Assembly: GCA_050486505.1 (NCBI GenBank)
Contig: JBJHDK010000003.1
Coordinates: forward strand, 3,242-67,241
Reading direction: 5' to 3'
Source: Fibrobacteria bacterium
Lineage (GTDB): Bacteria; Fibrobacterota; Fibrobacteria; UBA11236
Length of the DNA stretch: 64,000 nt
The notes under the pieces were generated by a model that saw only the letters and a list, made by a program, of their open reading frames with translations, had not been told where the DNA came from and made no database searches. The translations under genes were made by a program, and so were the position numbers. This document shows, one piece after another, positions 21,503-30,251 of this stretch; position 1 is the stretch's first letter, and each line of letters opens with the position of its first letter.

Positions 21503-22210
21503 ATGCGGTTCGAATACCTCATCCTTCTGATCATTCTCTTCAACATCGTCACCGCGATGGCGCAGAAGCGTGCGCGGAAGGCGCGCGAGGAAGATGAGGC
21601 CCGTGCTGCCGCCGCGCAGGGCAGGGAACCTTTGCCTCCCGCCGACGAGGACGCATTCGATGCCTGGGAGCAGGAGTGGGAGGATCCCGTCGAGGTTCCC
21701 GCCTCGTCGCGCGAGACGTCCCGGCGTGGACCCCCTGCCGATCGTTCGACCCGCTACGAACAGCGCGCTGAGGAACGTCGGCATGCGGTTTCCGACGAGT
21801 CGCGCCAGGTTCGCGACCCGGTGCGGAAGGTCGAGGAGATGAGTCGGCGGGTCGGGGAACCCGGTGAACACGCCTCGAAAGGCGGAGGTTTTCTGGAGAG
21901 GATCGCCAGGGATCTCGGCATCGAGATTCCCGGAGCCCGCGACGAAGAACGCCGGATGCGCCGCGAAGAGTTGCGTCGCCGCCCTCTGCGCGCACCGGAG
22001 CTCGGGAAATTCGAGCGCATCAAGGCCGCGCAACCCGTGAAGCCGGTCGCCGTCGAAACTTCGGAAGCGCGTGCGCGCCCCAAGCCGGTGAGAATCGATC
22101 TTTCGAGTCCTCAAAAACTGCGCGAGGCGGTTGTGGTGCGCGAGATTCTCGACCCACCGGTGGCCAGGCGAGATCGTCGCCCGGGCCAGGGCCCCCAACT
22201 CAGGGGCTGA
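21503..22210 (+). CDS. Hypothetical membrane-anchored protein (YqfB-like, fourth gene of the floA operon)
   Basis: N-terminal TM helix, charged low-complexity middle, C-terminal LREAVVVREILDPPVARR motif. Confidence 0.75.
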   Translation: MRFEYLILLIILFNIVTAMAQKRARKAREEDEARAAAAQGREPLPPADEDAFDAWEQEWEDPVEVPASSRETSRRGPPADRSTRYEQRAEERRHAVSDESRQVRDPVRKVEEMSRRVGEPGEHASKGGGFLERIARDLGIEIPGARDEERRMRREELRRRPLRAPELGKFERIKAAQPVKPVAVETSEARARPKPVRIDLSSPQKLREAVVVREILDPPVARRDRRPGQGPQLRG

Positions 22211-23468
22211 CCACGAGGAACACCCCCGTCCTCGCCAATTCTTCTCCCGCAATCGTGCGCAGGCGAATCTGGCAGGTGGCCGGGAGATTTTGGCCGGGCG
22301 GCATCCACATGCGCTTGTTGATGCCGGGGCGCGAAGGATAGCCCGCGTCGAATATCGTCCAGGTCGCTCCGCCGTTGCGGGTGAATTCCAGAACCAGTGT
22401 TTCCTGCGTTCCTGCTTCCCAGGCGATTTCCGTCGGCTGGCCCGCGCGTAGCGTGTCGCTTTCCGTCGGCACGATGAATGCCGGGAGTTCGATGGCCCCG
22501 TGCACGCCGATCGTCACCGTGTCCGAGGATCGGTGCGGTCCCATTGCCGCGGAGAGCGCGAAGCGGTAAAGGCCCGGCCTTGGAAATTGCACGCGCGTTC
22601 CGAGGGAGGTGGGGTTCTCGATGTGGGCCCGTGTGCCTTGGGGGATCGGCGGCACCTGCCGCCATAGCAGGGCGAGCCTCGGATCCTGGAGGGATGCGCC
22701 CGATACGGTCCCCGCAAGAAAGGTCGGGGAACCGATCCACACCGTGCGGTCGGGCCCGGCCTGCACGACCGGCGGCACGGGCGGCGCGGGCGGATGCGGC
22801 CTGGGCACGGGCGGAGCATCGGGGTCGACCTGGTGGCGTCGCGGTTGTCCGGGAGTGATGGGCTCGGGCAAGGGCAGTTCGATGCCTTCGGACGTCAGCA
22901 CGTGCGCCGGAAACTCGCCCTCGGGAATGGCCTCGAACACGAAGGTGCTGTCCACCATCACGGCCTGGAAGGGTGAACCGGGAACGAAGATCCGGTTGAT
23001 CCCGGAATCATTGGGGAGATCGAGCTCCGCTTCGTAGCGCACGAGCCGCGAAACCGTGATGGATGCGGCCGGCTCGCCCGGGATCCCGTCGCGCGCGTAG
23101 CGTCCGGCGGCGGGGTCGTAGGAGAGTCGAAGCAACAACCCTCCGGTGGAGTCGTCGGCGACCAGCAGCACGTTGAAGGGAACGTGGCCGACGATGTCGT
23201 GCGCGGAGAGAATGATCCCGGTTCCATCCTCGACCCGCTTGCTGACGATGGCCGAAGGGTTCAACGCGGGGTTCTGGTCGGATGCGTAGACGGCGAGGGA
23301 TCCCGAGACGCGCGCGGCGACGCCCTCCCCATCGACGAAGGTGATCTGCAACGGGTTGTCGACCTCGGAACTGCCGCCCGCGAGATGCCCGTCGCTGTTG
23401 CATCCCGAAAGTGCGAGCAGGGGAACCACCCACAGCGCCGCGCGCAGGTGACGTCCGAACGAGGTCAT
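22200..23468 (-). CDS. Lipoprotein with beta-sandwich and PKD/Ig-like domains, partner of TIGR02147 gene 2
   Basis: Lipobox LSGC, AGGSSEVDN, Pro-rich linker, PKD-like VQAGPDRTV...PGLYRFALSA; ATGA overlap with the upstream gene. Confidence 0.8.
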   Translation of the reverse strand: MTSFGRHLRAALWVVPLLALSGCNSDGHLAGGSSEVDNPLQITFVDGEGVAARVSGSLAVYASDQNPALNPSAIVSKRVEDGTGIILSAHDIVGHVPFNVLLVADDSTGGLLLRLSYDPAAGRYARDGIPGEPAASITVSRLVRYEAELDLPNDSGINRIFVPGSPFQAVMVDSTFVFEAIPEGEFPAHVLTSEGIELPLPEPITPGQPRRHQVDPDAPPVPRPHPPAPPVPPVVQAGPDRTVWIGSPTFLAGTVSGASLQDPRLALLWRQVPPIPQGTRAHIENPTSLGTRVQFPRPGLYRFALSAAMGPHRSSDTVTIGVHGAIELPAFIVPTESDTLRAGQPTEIAWEAGTQETLVLEFTRNGGATWTIFDAGYPSRPGINKRMWMPPGQNLPATCQIRLRTIAGEELARTGVFLVVSP

Positions 23469-24364
23469 GGAGATTCCGCCTTGCCTTCACCCGCGTCGAG
23501 CTCCGGGAGGCGACTGTTGGGAAACAACTGGAGGGTCAGGCTGTAGATGCGATCCTCCCCGCTGTCGCGGTCGAGGATCTCGCGCAACTCCTCGAGGAAG
23601 GAGCGGACGCGTTCCTTCACGGTGGCGAAGCCGCCCGGAGAGACCGTGAACATGAGCGCATTGTACTGGCGCAGCGCGGGCGGGACCTTGTCAAGAAGCT
23701 CTTGCGACATGCGCGTCAGTTCCAGCATGTGTTCGCGCGCGGCCTTTGCCTGCACGTCCTTCGGGCTGGAAATATGCCTTTCGGTGACCATGTAGCCGTT
23801 GGCCGTCCGCTTGATCAGGTCGAGATCGAGAAGAAGGCGGATGGCTTCGGCGACCTGGGTTTCGCTGACGGACGGGAAAAGCTTCCGGGCAATCGTTTCC
23901 GGGTCGCGCACGCCGGTTTCCATGCTGAAAAAGTTGCGTACGGCGCTGTAATGCCATTTCGAAAAAAACTCGAACTGGGACTCTCCCAGCACCCGGGCGC
24001 GTGAAGCCCGGAACTTCGAGAGTTGGTCGAAGAAATGATTCTTTTCTGCCATGCCCTTGGCTTGGTTGAATTGCACCAGCAGGTCGAAGTATTGCGCCTC
24101 CCGTTCCGGCAGGGCGAGTGCCGATGCGAATTTTACCCGCAAGGTCTGGCTGAGGTTGCGTCGCCCGCGAATGACCGCGGGCAGCAGGCTCGAGCTGGAG
24201 GGGGGGAGGCCGGCTTCCCGCGCGAAGGTTCGTTGCGAAAAGCCGGGGTCGTGGCTCCGTCGCCATGCGCAATGGTCCGCAAGGAATGCCCTGTAATCGA
24301 GATATTGCAGGGCCTCGGGGCGCTTGTCCGCGCGCGCGGACGTGTCGGAAACGGATCGGGGCAT
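23465..24364 (-). CDS. TIGR02147-family protein (paralog 2)
   Basis: YLDYRAFLADH, FSQRTFAREAG, YFDLLVQFNQA, FFSKWHYSAVR, IYSLTLQLFP. Confidence 0.9.
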   Translation of the reverse strand: MPRSVSDTSARADKRPEALQYLDYRAFLADHCAWRRSHDPGFSQRTFAREAGLPPSSSSLLPAVIRGRRNLSQTLRVKFASALALPEREAQYFDLLVQFNQAKGMAEKNHFFDQLSKFRASRARVLGESQFEFFSKWHYSAVRNFFSMETGVRDPETIARKLFPSVSETQVAEAIRLLLDLDLIKRTANGYMVTERHISSPKDVQAKAAREHMLELTRMSQELLDKVPPALRQYNALMFTVSPGGFATVKERVRSFLEELREILDRDSGEDRIYSLTLQLFPNSRLPELDAGEGKAESP

Positions 24365-24527
24365 ACCCCGGAGTATACTCTCAGGCGGGGGGATGCGGCT
24401 GTTGTTCCGTGATCCCGGCTGGGGACAAATCGTCCCGGATCGCATGCGAAAAACAGTGGCGCGTCATGGTCGAGCCGGGATAGATTGCCGACGTGTGCCG
24501 GTCATGTGCACATCACAGGAGGATCTC

Positions 24528-25436
24528 ATGATTGATGTGAGAATGAAAACAGGCTTGTTGTTCCCTGCCTTTGCCCTGTTGGTGCTGGCGGGGTGCCAAA
24601 CCGTTCCCGACCAGGGGGTTGCCGCGGTCTCGGAAGACCCCGCGACGGCCGACGCCGGGTTTCGTGTCGCCGTGAAGAACACGGAGGATTGCATCGCGTT
24701 GAGGGCCGCGATCAGGGCGGGCGAAGCGGACGCCGAAGCCCGTGCGGCTTTCGTCGCGGAATGTCTCGAGGAATTGCCTCCCGGAACACCCGTTCCCCCC
24801 GGCCTGCATCCCACGCCCGAACTCCGTTGCGAATGGGCGGCCGCTGAAATCGAGGCGGGCAGAACAGGCTTGATCCCGGGATTCGTGCGTCATTGTGCCG
24901 CGACATGCGCGCATTTGGCCCAAACCGACACGGAGGCGCATGAGCGCTTGTGCGTTCTCCCCCCGCGCCCGCCGCTTCCCGAGCCTCGCCAGGCGCGTTG
25001 CGACTCCCTGACTGCGGAGCTCGAGGTGGCTGATACCGCCTCTCCGGGGTACCATGAACTTGCCAGGCATCGCGCGGCGGTGTGCGGCTTGCCGCCGCCT
25101 CCCCGCCCGAATCCCCCGCAATTGCCTCCGGCGCGGCAGGCGCGTTGCGACTCGCTGCAGACGGTGCTCGCGGGTCTCGACACGAATTCCGCTGATTACC
25201 AGCACTTCCTGCGACATGTCGCGGCCGTTTGCGCGTTGCCGCCTCCGCCCCGCCCGGAGCGTCCGGTGCCTCCCCCACCGCCTCCGGCGCCACCGCATGT
25301 CTGCGCGCGCCAGGCCGAGATGCTTGGAACCCTGACCCCGGGTACACCGGAATACGACAGGAAGCGCGCCCACCATGAGTTGGTTTGCCCGCAGCCGGTC
25401 GACCCGCCTGGAGACGATCCCGCAGAAGAACAATAA
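24528..25436 (+). CDS. Pro/Cys-rich repeat lipoprotein
   Basis: AGGAGG RBS, lipobox LAGC, three CX27C units separated by polyproline linkers; terminator follows. Confidence 0.75.
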   Translation: MIDVRMKTGLLFPAFALLVLAGCQTVPDQGVAAVSEDPATADAGFRVAVKNTEDCIALRAAIRAGEADAEARAAFVAECLEELPPGTPVPPGLHPTPELRCEWAAAEIEAGRTGLIPGFVRHCAATCAHLAQTDTEAHERLCVLPPRPPLPEPRQARCDSLTAELEVADTASPGYHELARHRAAVCGLPPPPRPNPPQLPPARQARCDSLQTVLAGLDTNSADYQHFLRHVAAVCALPPPPRPERPVPPPPPPAPPHVCARQAEMLGTLTPGTPEYDRKRAHHELVCPQPVDPPGDDPAEEQ

Positions 25437-25480
25437 GGGGGAGAGGGGGAGTGCGGCTGGGGGCAGCCGTATGACCCGGG

Positions 25481-25516
25481 GCCCGGCGTTCCCGCGAACG
25501 CCGGGCTTTCTTTTTT
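25481..25516 (+). terminator. Rho-independent terminator
   Basis: GCCCGGCGTTC-CCGC-GAACGCCGGGC followed by TTTCTTTTTT. Confidence 0.8.
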
Positions 25517-25539
25517 CCTGCCCGGGGCCCCTGCGGGGG

Positions 25540-27051
25540 CTACTCCTGGCTTCCGGAGACGGTTTCGGGGCGCACGATGTTGGAGGTGCCCCCTTCGACG
25601 ATGCTTTGTTCCGAAACCATCGTGAGCACGGCGTTTTCCGTAAAATCCCGGAGATTCAGCGAGCCGAGATTGCACATGGTGGCACGCAGCTTCGACAACG
25701 TGACGCTGAGGGCTTCAGACACGGTCCCCACCACCGGGACATAACCGTCGACCCCCTCTTCGAACTTGAGCTTGCTTTCGCCCTCATCGGAGTAGCGTTG
25801 CCAGTTGCGGGCGCGATTCGAACCCTCGCCCCAGTAGGGCTTGTAGATGCGGTTTCCAATGGAAACCTTCGGGGTCGGGCTCTCTGCGGTCATCGCGAAG
25901 TAGCGTCCCATCATCACGAAGTCCGCGCCCATGGCAAGGGCAAGAATGATTTGCGTGTCGTTGGAGAGGCCCCCATCGGAGCAAACCGGCACGTAGCGCC
26001 CGGTTCTCGCATGGAGTTCGTCCCGGGCGCGCACGACGTCCATGAGGGCGGAGGCCTGACCGCGTCCGATCCCCTTCTGTTCGCGCGTGATGCAAATCGA
26101 GCCCCCCCCGATCCCCACCTTGATGAAATCGAGCTTGCCCTCTTCCACGAGGTAATGGAAGCCCTCGGCGGAGACAACATTGCCGCCTCCCACCACGACG
26201 GAGTCGCCGTACTTCTCCCTGATCCACAGCGCGGCGTCCTTTTGGAACTCGGAGTACCCGTCTGAAGAATCGAAGGCGAGAACGTCCGCGCCCGCCTCGA
26301 CGAGTGCCGGGACGCGTTCGCGGTAGTCGTGGGTGTTGATTCCCGCCCCCACGCCAAGGCGCTTGTGAGCGTCCAGCACCTCGTCGGGGTTATTCATGTG
26401 GTCGACGTAGTCCTTCTTGAAGACCAGGGAGTTGAGCCTGCCGTCTTCCTCGAGAACGGGGAGGCATTCCTTTTTGTGGCGATGGAGGAGCCTGTTGGCC
26501 TCCGCGAGCGTGATGCCGACGCGGCCGTGCACCACTTTTTCCAGCGGAGTCATGTGTTCGGAGACCTTGCTCTCGAGGTCGTCTTCGAACTCCCAGAAAT
26601 CCTTGTCGGTGATGATGCCCAGGAACTTGCCCGCGTTGGTGCCGTCGTCGGTGACCGCGGCCGTGGAGTGTCCGGTGCGCTTTTGCACGGCGAGCAGTTG
26701 GCGCAATGTCGATTCGGGGTGCACGGTGGTGTCGCTGCGAACGAACCCGGCCTTGTGCGCCTTGACCTTGGCGATCATCGCGGCCTGGTTTTCGATGGAC
26801 TGGGAGCAGTACACGAATGCCAGCCCGCCCTGCCGGGCCAAGGCGATGGCCATTTCCGCGCCGGAAACAGCCTGCATGCTTGCCGACACGACGGGCGCGT
26901 TCAGCGAGAAACGGCTCTTTTCTCCGTTGCGGAAGGCCGCGACGGGTGTGGTCAGGGAAACGTTACGAGGGAGGTGCTCCTTGCGGCTCAAGCCCGGAAG
27001 GAGGAGGTATTCGGCGAAAGTACGGGAGACGTCAGGAAGGATTCTGGCCAT
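25540..27051 (-). CDS. guaB: IMP dehydrogenase with CBS domains
   Basis: SASMQAV, GGNVV, catalytic KVGIGGGSICITR, CSDGG, YWGEGS, FEEGV. Confidence 0.95.
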   Translation of the reverse strand: MARILPDVSRTFAEYLLLPGLSRKEHLPRNVSLTTPVAAFRNGEKSRFSLNAPVVSASMQAVSGAEMAIALARQGGLAFVYCSQSIENQAAMIAKVKAHKAGFVRSDTTVHPESTLRQLLAVQKRTGHSTAAVTDDGTNAGKFLGIITDKDFWEFEDDLESKVSEHMTPLEKVVHGRVGITLAEANRLLHRHKKECLPVLEEDGRLNSLVFKKDYVDHMNNPDEVLDAHKRLGVGAGINTHDYRERVPALVEAGADVLAFDSSDGYSEFQKDAALWIREKYGDSVVVGGGNVVSAEGFHYLVEEGKLDFIKVGIGGGSICITREQKGIGRGQASALMDVVRARDELHARTGRYVPVCSDGGLSNDTQIILALAMGADFVMMGRYFAMTAESPTPKVSIGNRIYKPYWGEGSNRARNWQRYSDEGESKLKFEEGVDGYVPVVGTVSEALSVTLSKLRATMCNLGSLNLRDFTENAVLTMVSEQSIVEGGTSNIVRPETVSGSQE

Positions 27052-27247
27052 GCCAAATTTTAGCTCGATTTTCCCCGAACGTAAATCCCGGAACGGACTT
27101 CGCGCGAAAATTGCTTTCAATGGGACTTTTTTTTCAAAAAGCGACTTGTTTACTGATATTTAACCACCTTTCTCGATATGTTAGGCTTTAACAAACGGGC
27201 GCAGGGTCGTGCCCGGTGTCTGACTTCCAAAAGAAGGGTTGAGCAGA

Positions 27248-28582
27248 ATGAACAAAAACACCGCCAAATTCCTCCAAGTGTCTGCTTTGGCCGGAATTTT
27301 CGCCGCTGTGACGGCGAATGCCGACCTTGTGCGTAATCCCCCCCAGGTCTCGGCATACGTTGACGTGGGACAAATTGTCGAGGGCAACATCTACGCGGGT
27401 GCCGTTCTCGAAGGTCCGATCGAGAACCAGACCATTACGCGCACGGGTGTCTATTTGACGGAATCGGGGGTGTACCACGATCGTCTGACCATCCGCATGA
27501 CCATCGGCGGTCTTTTCTGGTTCGCCATTCCCGAAACCCAGGACTTCCAGACCCGTCGCGTGCAGTTCGGCCCCGGCGTCGGCCAGGTGCAGGGCATTTA
27601 CGCCTTTGGGCACGATCCGAAGAACCCGGTCGCCACGCTCCAGTTCGGACTCTTCCCGCACAAGTACTCCGAATCGGTGAACCTTGGTGAGTATCTGTAT
27701 CGCAGCGGTACCTACCCGAGCATGCTCACCTCGGGGGGCTGGTCCTACATCAACGCCGCGAGCTTCCTCGCGCAGGGCATCCGCCTGACCGTGCCGATGC
27801 TGAACGGGACCCTCAAGCATGACCTGACCGTGTACATGGAGCGCGGTCTCGCGCCGGCGCACGACCTGTCGCCCGGCTACATGGTGACATACAAGCCCCT
27901 GCCGTTCCTCGAGCTCGGTGCCGGCGTGGTTTGGTCGCACGCGATCTCGCTTGACTCCGACCGTCTCGCTCCCGAGGATCCTGCGAACGCCTACGACAAG
28001 ACCACGGGACGTCCTGTTACGGGAGACACCGCCGCGGTCAACGAGTGCCGCGACAATCAAACCAACTGCGGCTACTACACCTTCAAGGGGTTCAAGGCCA
28101 TGGCGCGGGTTTCCGCTGACATCGGCTCCCTGCTCGGGGTCGACGGCATTCGCCCCGGAGACTTCAAGCTTTACGCCGAAGCCGCCTTGCTGGGCGTCGA
28201 GGATCAGCCCTACTACTACGAAGACAAGATGGAGCGCCTGCCCATCATGTTCGGCGTGAACCTTCCCACCTTCGGCCTTCTCGATCGCTTGGCAGTGGAA
28301 GCGGAATACCTGAACTCCTCTTTCCCGAACTCCAACGTCGAGGTGCTGCAGGCCCGCTATCCCATCCCCGTTTCGGATCCCTACTCCTACGACATGAACG
28401 ACGACAGCTGGAAGTGGACGGTGTACGCGCGGCGTCGCGTCGTCGACGGCGTGACGCTCTATGCGCAGGCCGCCAGCGACCATTTGCGCCACTTCGACTA
28501 TGCGGCGGTTCCTGCGGCGCAGACCGCGACCCCCAAGGCCAGCGACTGGTACTACGTCATTCGTCTTGAGTTCGGAATGTAA
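27248..28582 (+). CDS. Predicted outer-membrane beta-barrel protein of unknown family (paralog A)
   Basis: Signal peptide ending ANA, alternating amphipathic strands, C-terminal WYYVIRLEFGM. Confidence 0.75.
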   Translation: MNKNTAKFLQVSALAGIFAAVTANADLVRNPPQVSAYVDVGQIVEGNIYAGAVLEGPIENQTITRTGVYLTESGVYHDRLTIRMTIGGLFWFAIPETQDFQTRRVQFGPGVGQVQGIYAFGHDPKNPVATLQFGLFPHKYSESVNLGEYLYRSGTYPSMLTSGGWSYINAASFLAQGIRLTVPMLNGTLKHDLTVYMERGLAPAHDLSPGYMVTYKPLPFLELGAGVVWSHAISLDSDRLAPEDPANAYDKTTGRPVTGDTAAVNECRDNQTNCGYYTFKGFKAMARVSADIGSLLGVDGIRPGDFKLYAEAALLGVEDQPYYYEDKMERLPIMFGVNLPTFGLLDRLAVEAEYLNSSFPNSNVEVLQARYPIPVSDPYSYDMNDDSWKWTVYARRRVVDGVTLYAQAASDHLRHFDYAAVPAAQTATPKASDWYYVIRLEFGM

Positions 28583-28593
28583 GGGGGGAAGGA

Positions 28594-30102
28594 ATGAAAA
28601 AAATCAACCTGATGAGCGGATTGACTCCGCTGCTTTGCGCAGCCGCATTCGCGGCGGCCCCCTTCAGCGCAAGTGCCAGCACGATGCCGGCGCCTTGCAT
28701 CGGCATGGACTGCCCGGACGACGCGCTGTCCGCGCCGGCAGGCTTGCAGCAGGGGCTTGTTGTGAATCCCAAGCAGATCGCCGGCTATGTCGACATCGGG
28801 CAGGCGTTCAAGGATGACGACAAACAGCCCTTGCAACGCACGGGCGCGTATCTGACCATTTCGGGCGTGCACAATGAGCGCCTCGAGGTGCGGGCCACCA
28901 TCGGCGGCTTGTTCTGGTATGCCTTTCCCGAGCTTGCCCAGTCCTCCCGTGTCTTGCGGTTCGGACCTGGCGTCGGTCAGGCCCAGGCCATCTACCGCCT
29001 GGGTGACGAGCCGTCTGCCACCGGTTCGCGCATCCAGTTCGGTCTGTTCCCTGTCAAGTACAACCGCGATGCAGCCAATCTCGGTGAGTATCTCTACCGG
29101 TCGGGAACCTACCCCGCCTATCTCTGGACGGGGGGCTGGTCCTACCTCAACTCTGCCAGCTTTCTGATGCAGGGTGTCAGGGTGCACTTGTCGACCATGA
29201 ACGGTACGCTGCTTCATGACTTCGGCATGCACATGGAGCGCGATATCGCACAACCTCTCCACGACTTTTCGCCCAGTTACATGATCACGGCGCGACCGAA
29301 TTCCTTCTTGGAGCTCGGCGCCGGCCTGGTCTGGTCGAATGCAATCACGTTCAACTCCAGCCGGCTCGCTCCCCGTGATGCCGACAATGCTTACAGCAAG
29401 ACGACGAACATGCCGGTTCAGGGCCTTAACGAGTTCGTTTGCAGCGAGACGTCGGCCGCACGCCAGTTCTGCGCCGACCAGGACACGATCCGGGCCGCGC
29501 AGACCTGGGCGGACTGGGAGCAGTGCCAGAACGGTGATTGCAGCAATATCGGCTTTTACACCTTCCGGGGCGTGAAGACGATGGCGCGTGCGTCAGTCGA
29601 CATGGGCGTGTTGCTGGGATTGCCGTCGTTCAGCCCGCGTCGTGGCGATTTCCGGATCTACTCGGAAATCGCGTTGCTGGGCGTCGAGAACCAGCCGTTC
29701 TTCTACGAAGAGCGGTATGAGCGCATGCCCGTCATGGCCGGCCTGTCGATTCCGACCTTCGGCTTCATCGACCGGATCGCCGTCGAAGGCGAGTATCGCC
29801 GGTCAAGGTTCCCGAACACCTTCGCCTACCCGTTCGATAACCTCGGCGCGATTCCCCTTCCCATTGCGAGTGGCGACATTTCGTACGACTATGAGGGCAA
29901 GGAGCGTCGTTGGCAGGCGCGTGAGAACTGGAAATGGTCTGTGTACGCGACCCACGAAATCACGGAAGGCGTCACGATCACGGCCCAAGCGGCCAGTGAC
30001 CACCTCCGCCCCCCGAGCAACGTGGCGAACCCTCCCAGCGAACCGTACACCCAGACCCCCAGTCACTGGTACTACGTCCTGCGGGTGAATTTCGGGATCT
30101 AG
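28594..30102 (+). CDS. Predicted outer-membrane beta-barrel protein of unknown family (paralog B)
   Basis: Signal peptide; shares TIGGLFW, NLGEYLYRSGTYP, GGWSY, AQAASDHLR with paralog A; ends WYYVLRVNFGI. Confidence 0.75.
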   Translation: MKKINLMSGLTPLLCAAAFAAAPFSASASTMPAPCIGMDCPDDALSAPAGLQQGLVVNPKQIAGYVDIGQAFKDDDKQPLQRTGAYLTISGVHNERLEVRATIGGLFWYAFPELAQSSRVLRFGPGVGQAQAIYRLGDEPSATGSRIQFGLFPVKYNRDAANLGEYLYRSGTYPAYLWTGGWSYLNSASFLMQGVRVHLSTMNGTLLHDFGMHMERDIAQPLHDFSPSYMITARPNSFLELGAGLVWSNAITFNSSRLAPRDADNAYSKTTNMPVQGLNEFVCSETSAARQFCADQDTIRAAQTWADWEQCQNGDCSNIGFYTFRGVKTMARASVDMGVLLGLPSFSPRRGDFRIYSEIALLGVENQPFFYEERYERMPVMAGLSIPTFGFIDRIAVEGEYRRSRFPNTFAYPFDNLGAIPLPIASGDISYDYEGKERRWQARENWKWSVYATHEITEGVTITAQAASDHLRPPSNVANPPSEPYTQTPSHWYYVLRVNFGI

Positions 30103-30111
30103 CCGCTAAAT

Positions 30112-30147
30112 CCCGCTGAAAATGGCCCATGTGGCCTTTTCAGCGGG
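30112..30147. terminator. Stem-loop between barrel B and the ThuA-like gene
   Basis: CCCGCTGAAAA...TTTTCAGCGGG inverted repeat; no clear U-tract after the stem. Confidence 0.4.
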
Positions 30148-30251
30148 TCGGCGTGTTTTCTGCGAGCGAAAAAAGAACTTTGGCCGTATCTTTAGGGTCT
30201 TCATTTCAACCAACCGGTCTCGGGGTATCCCCGGTGCATCAAGGAGAGAAT

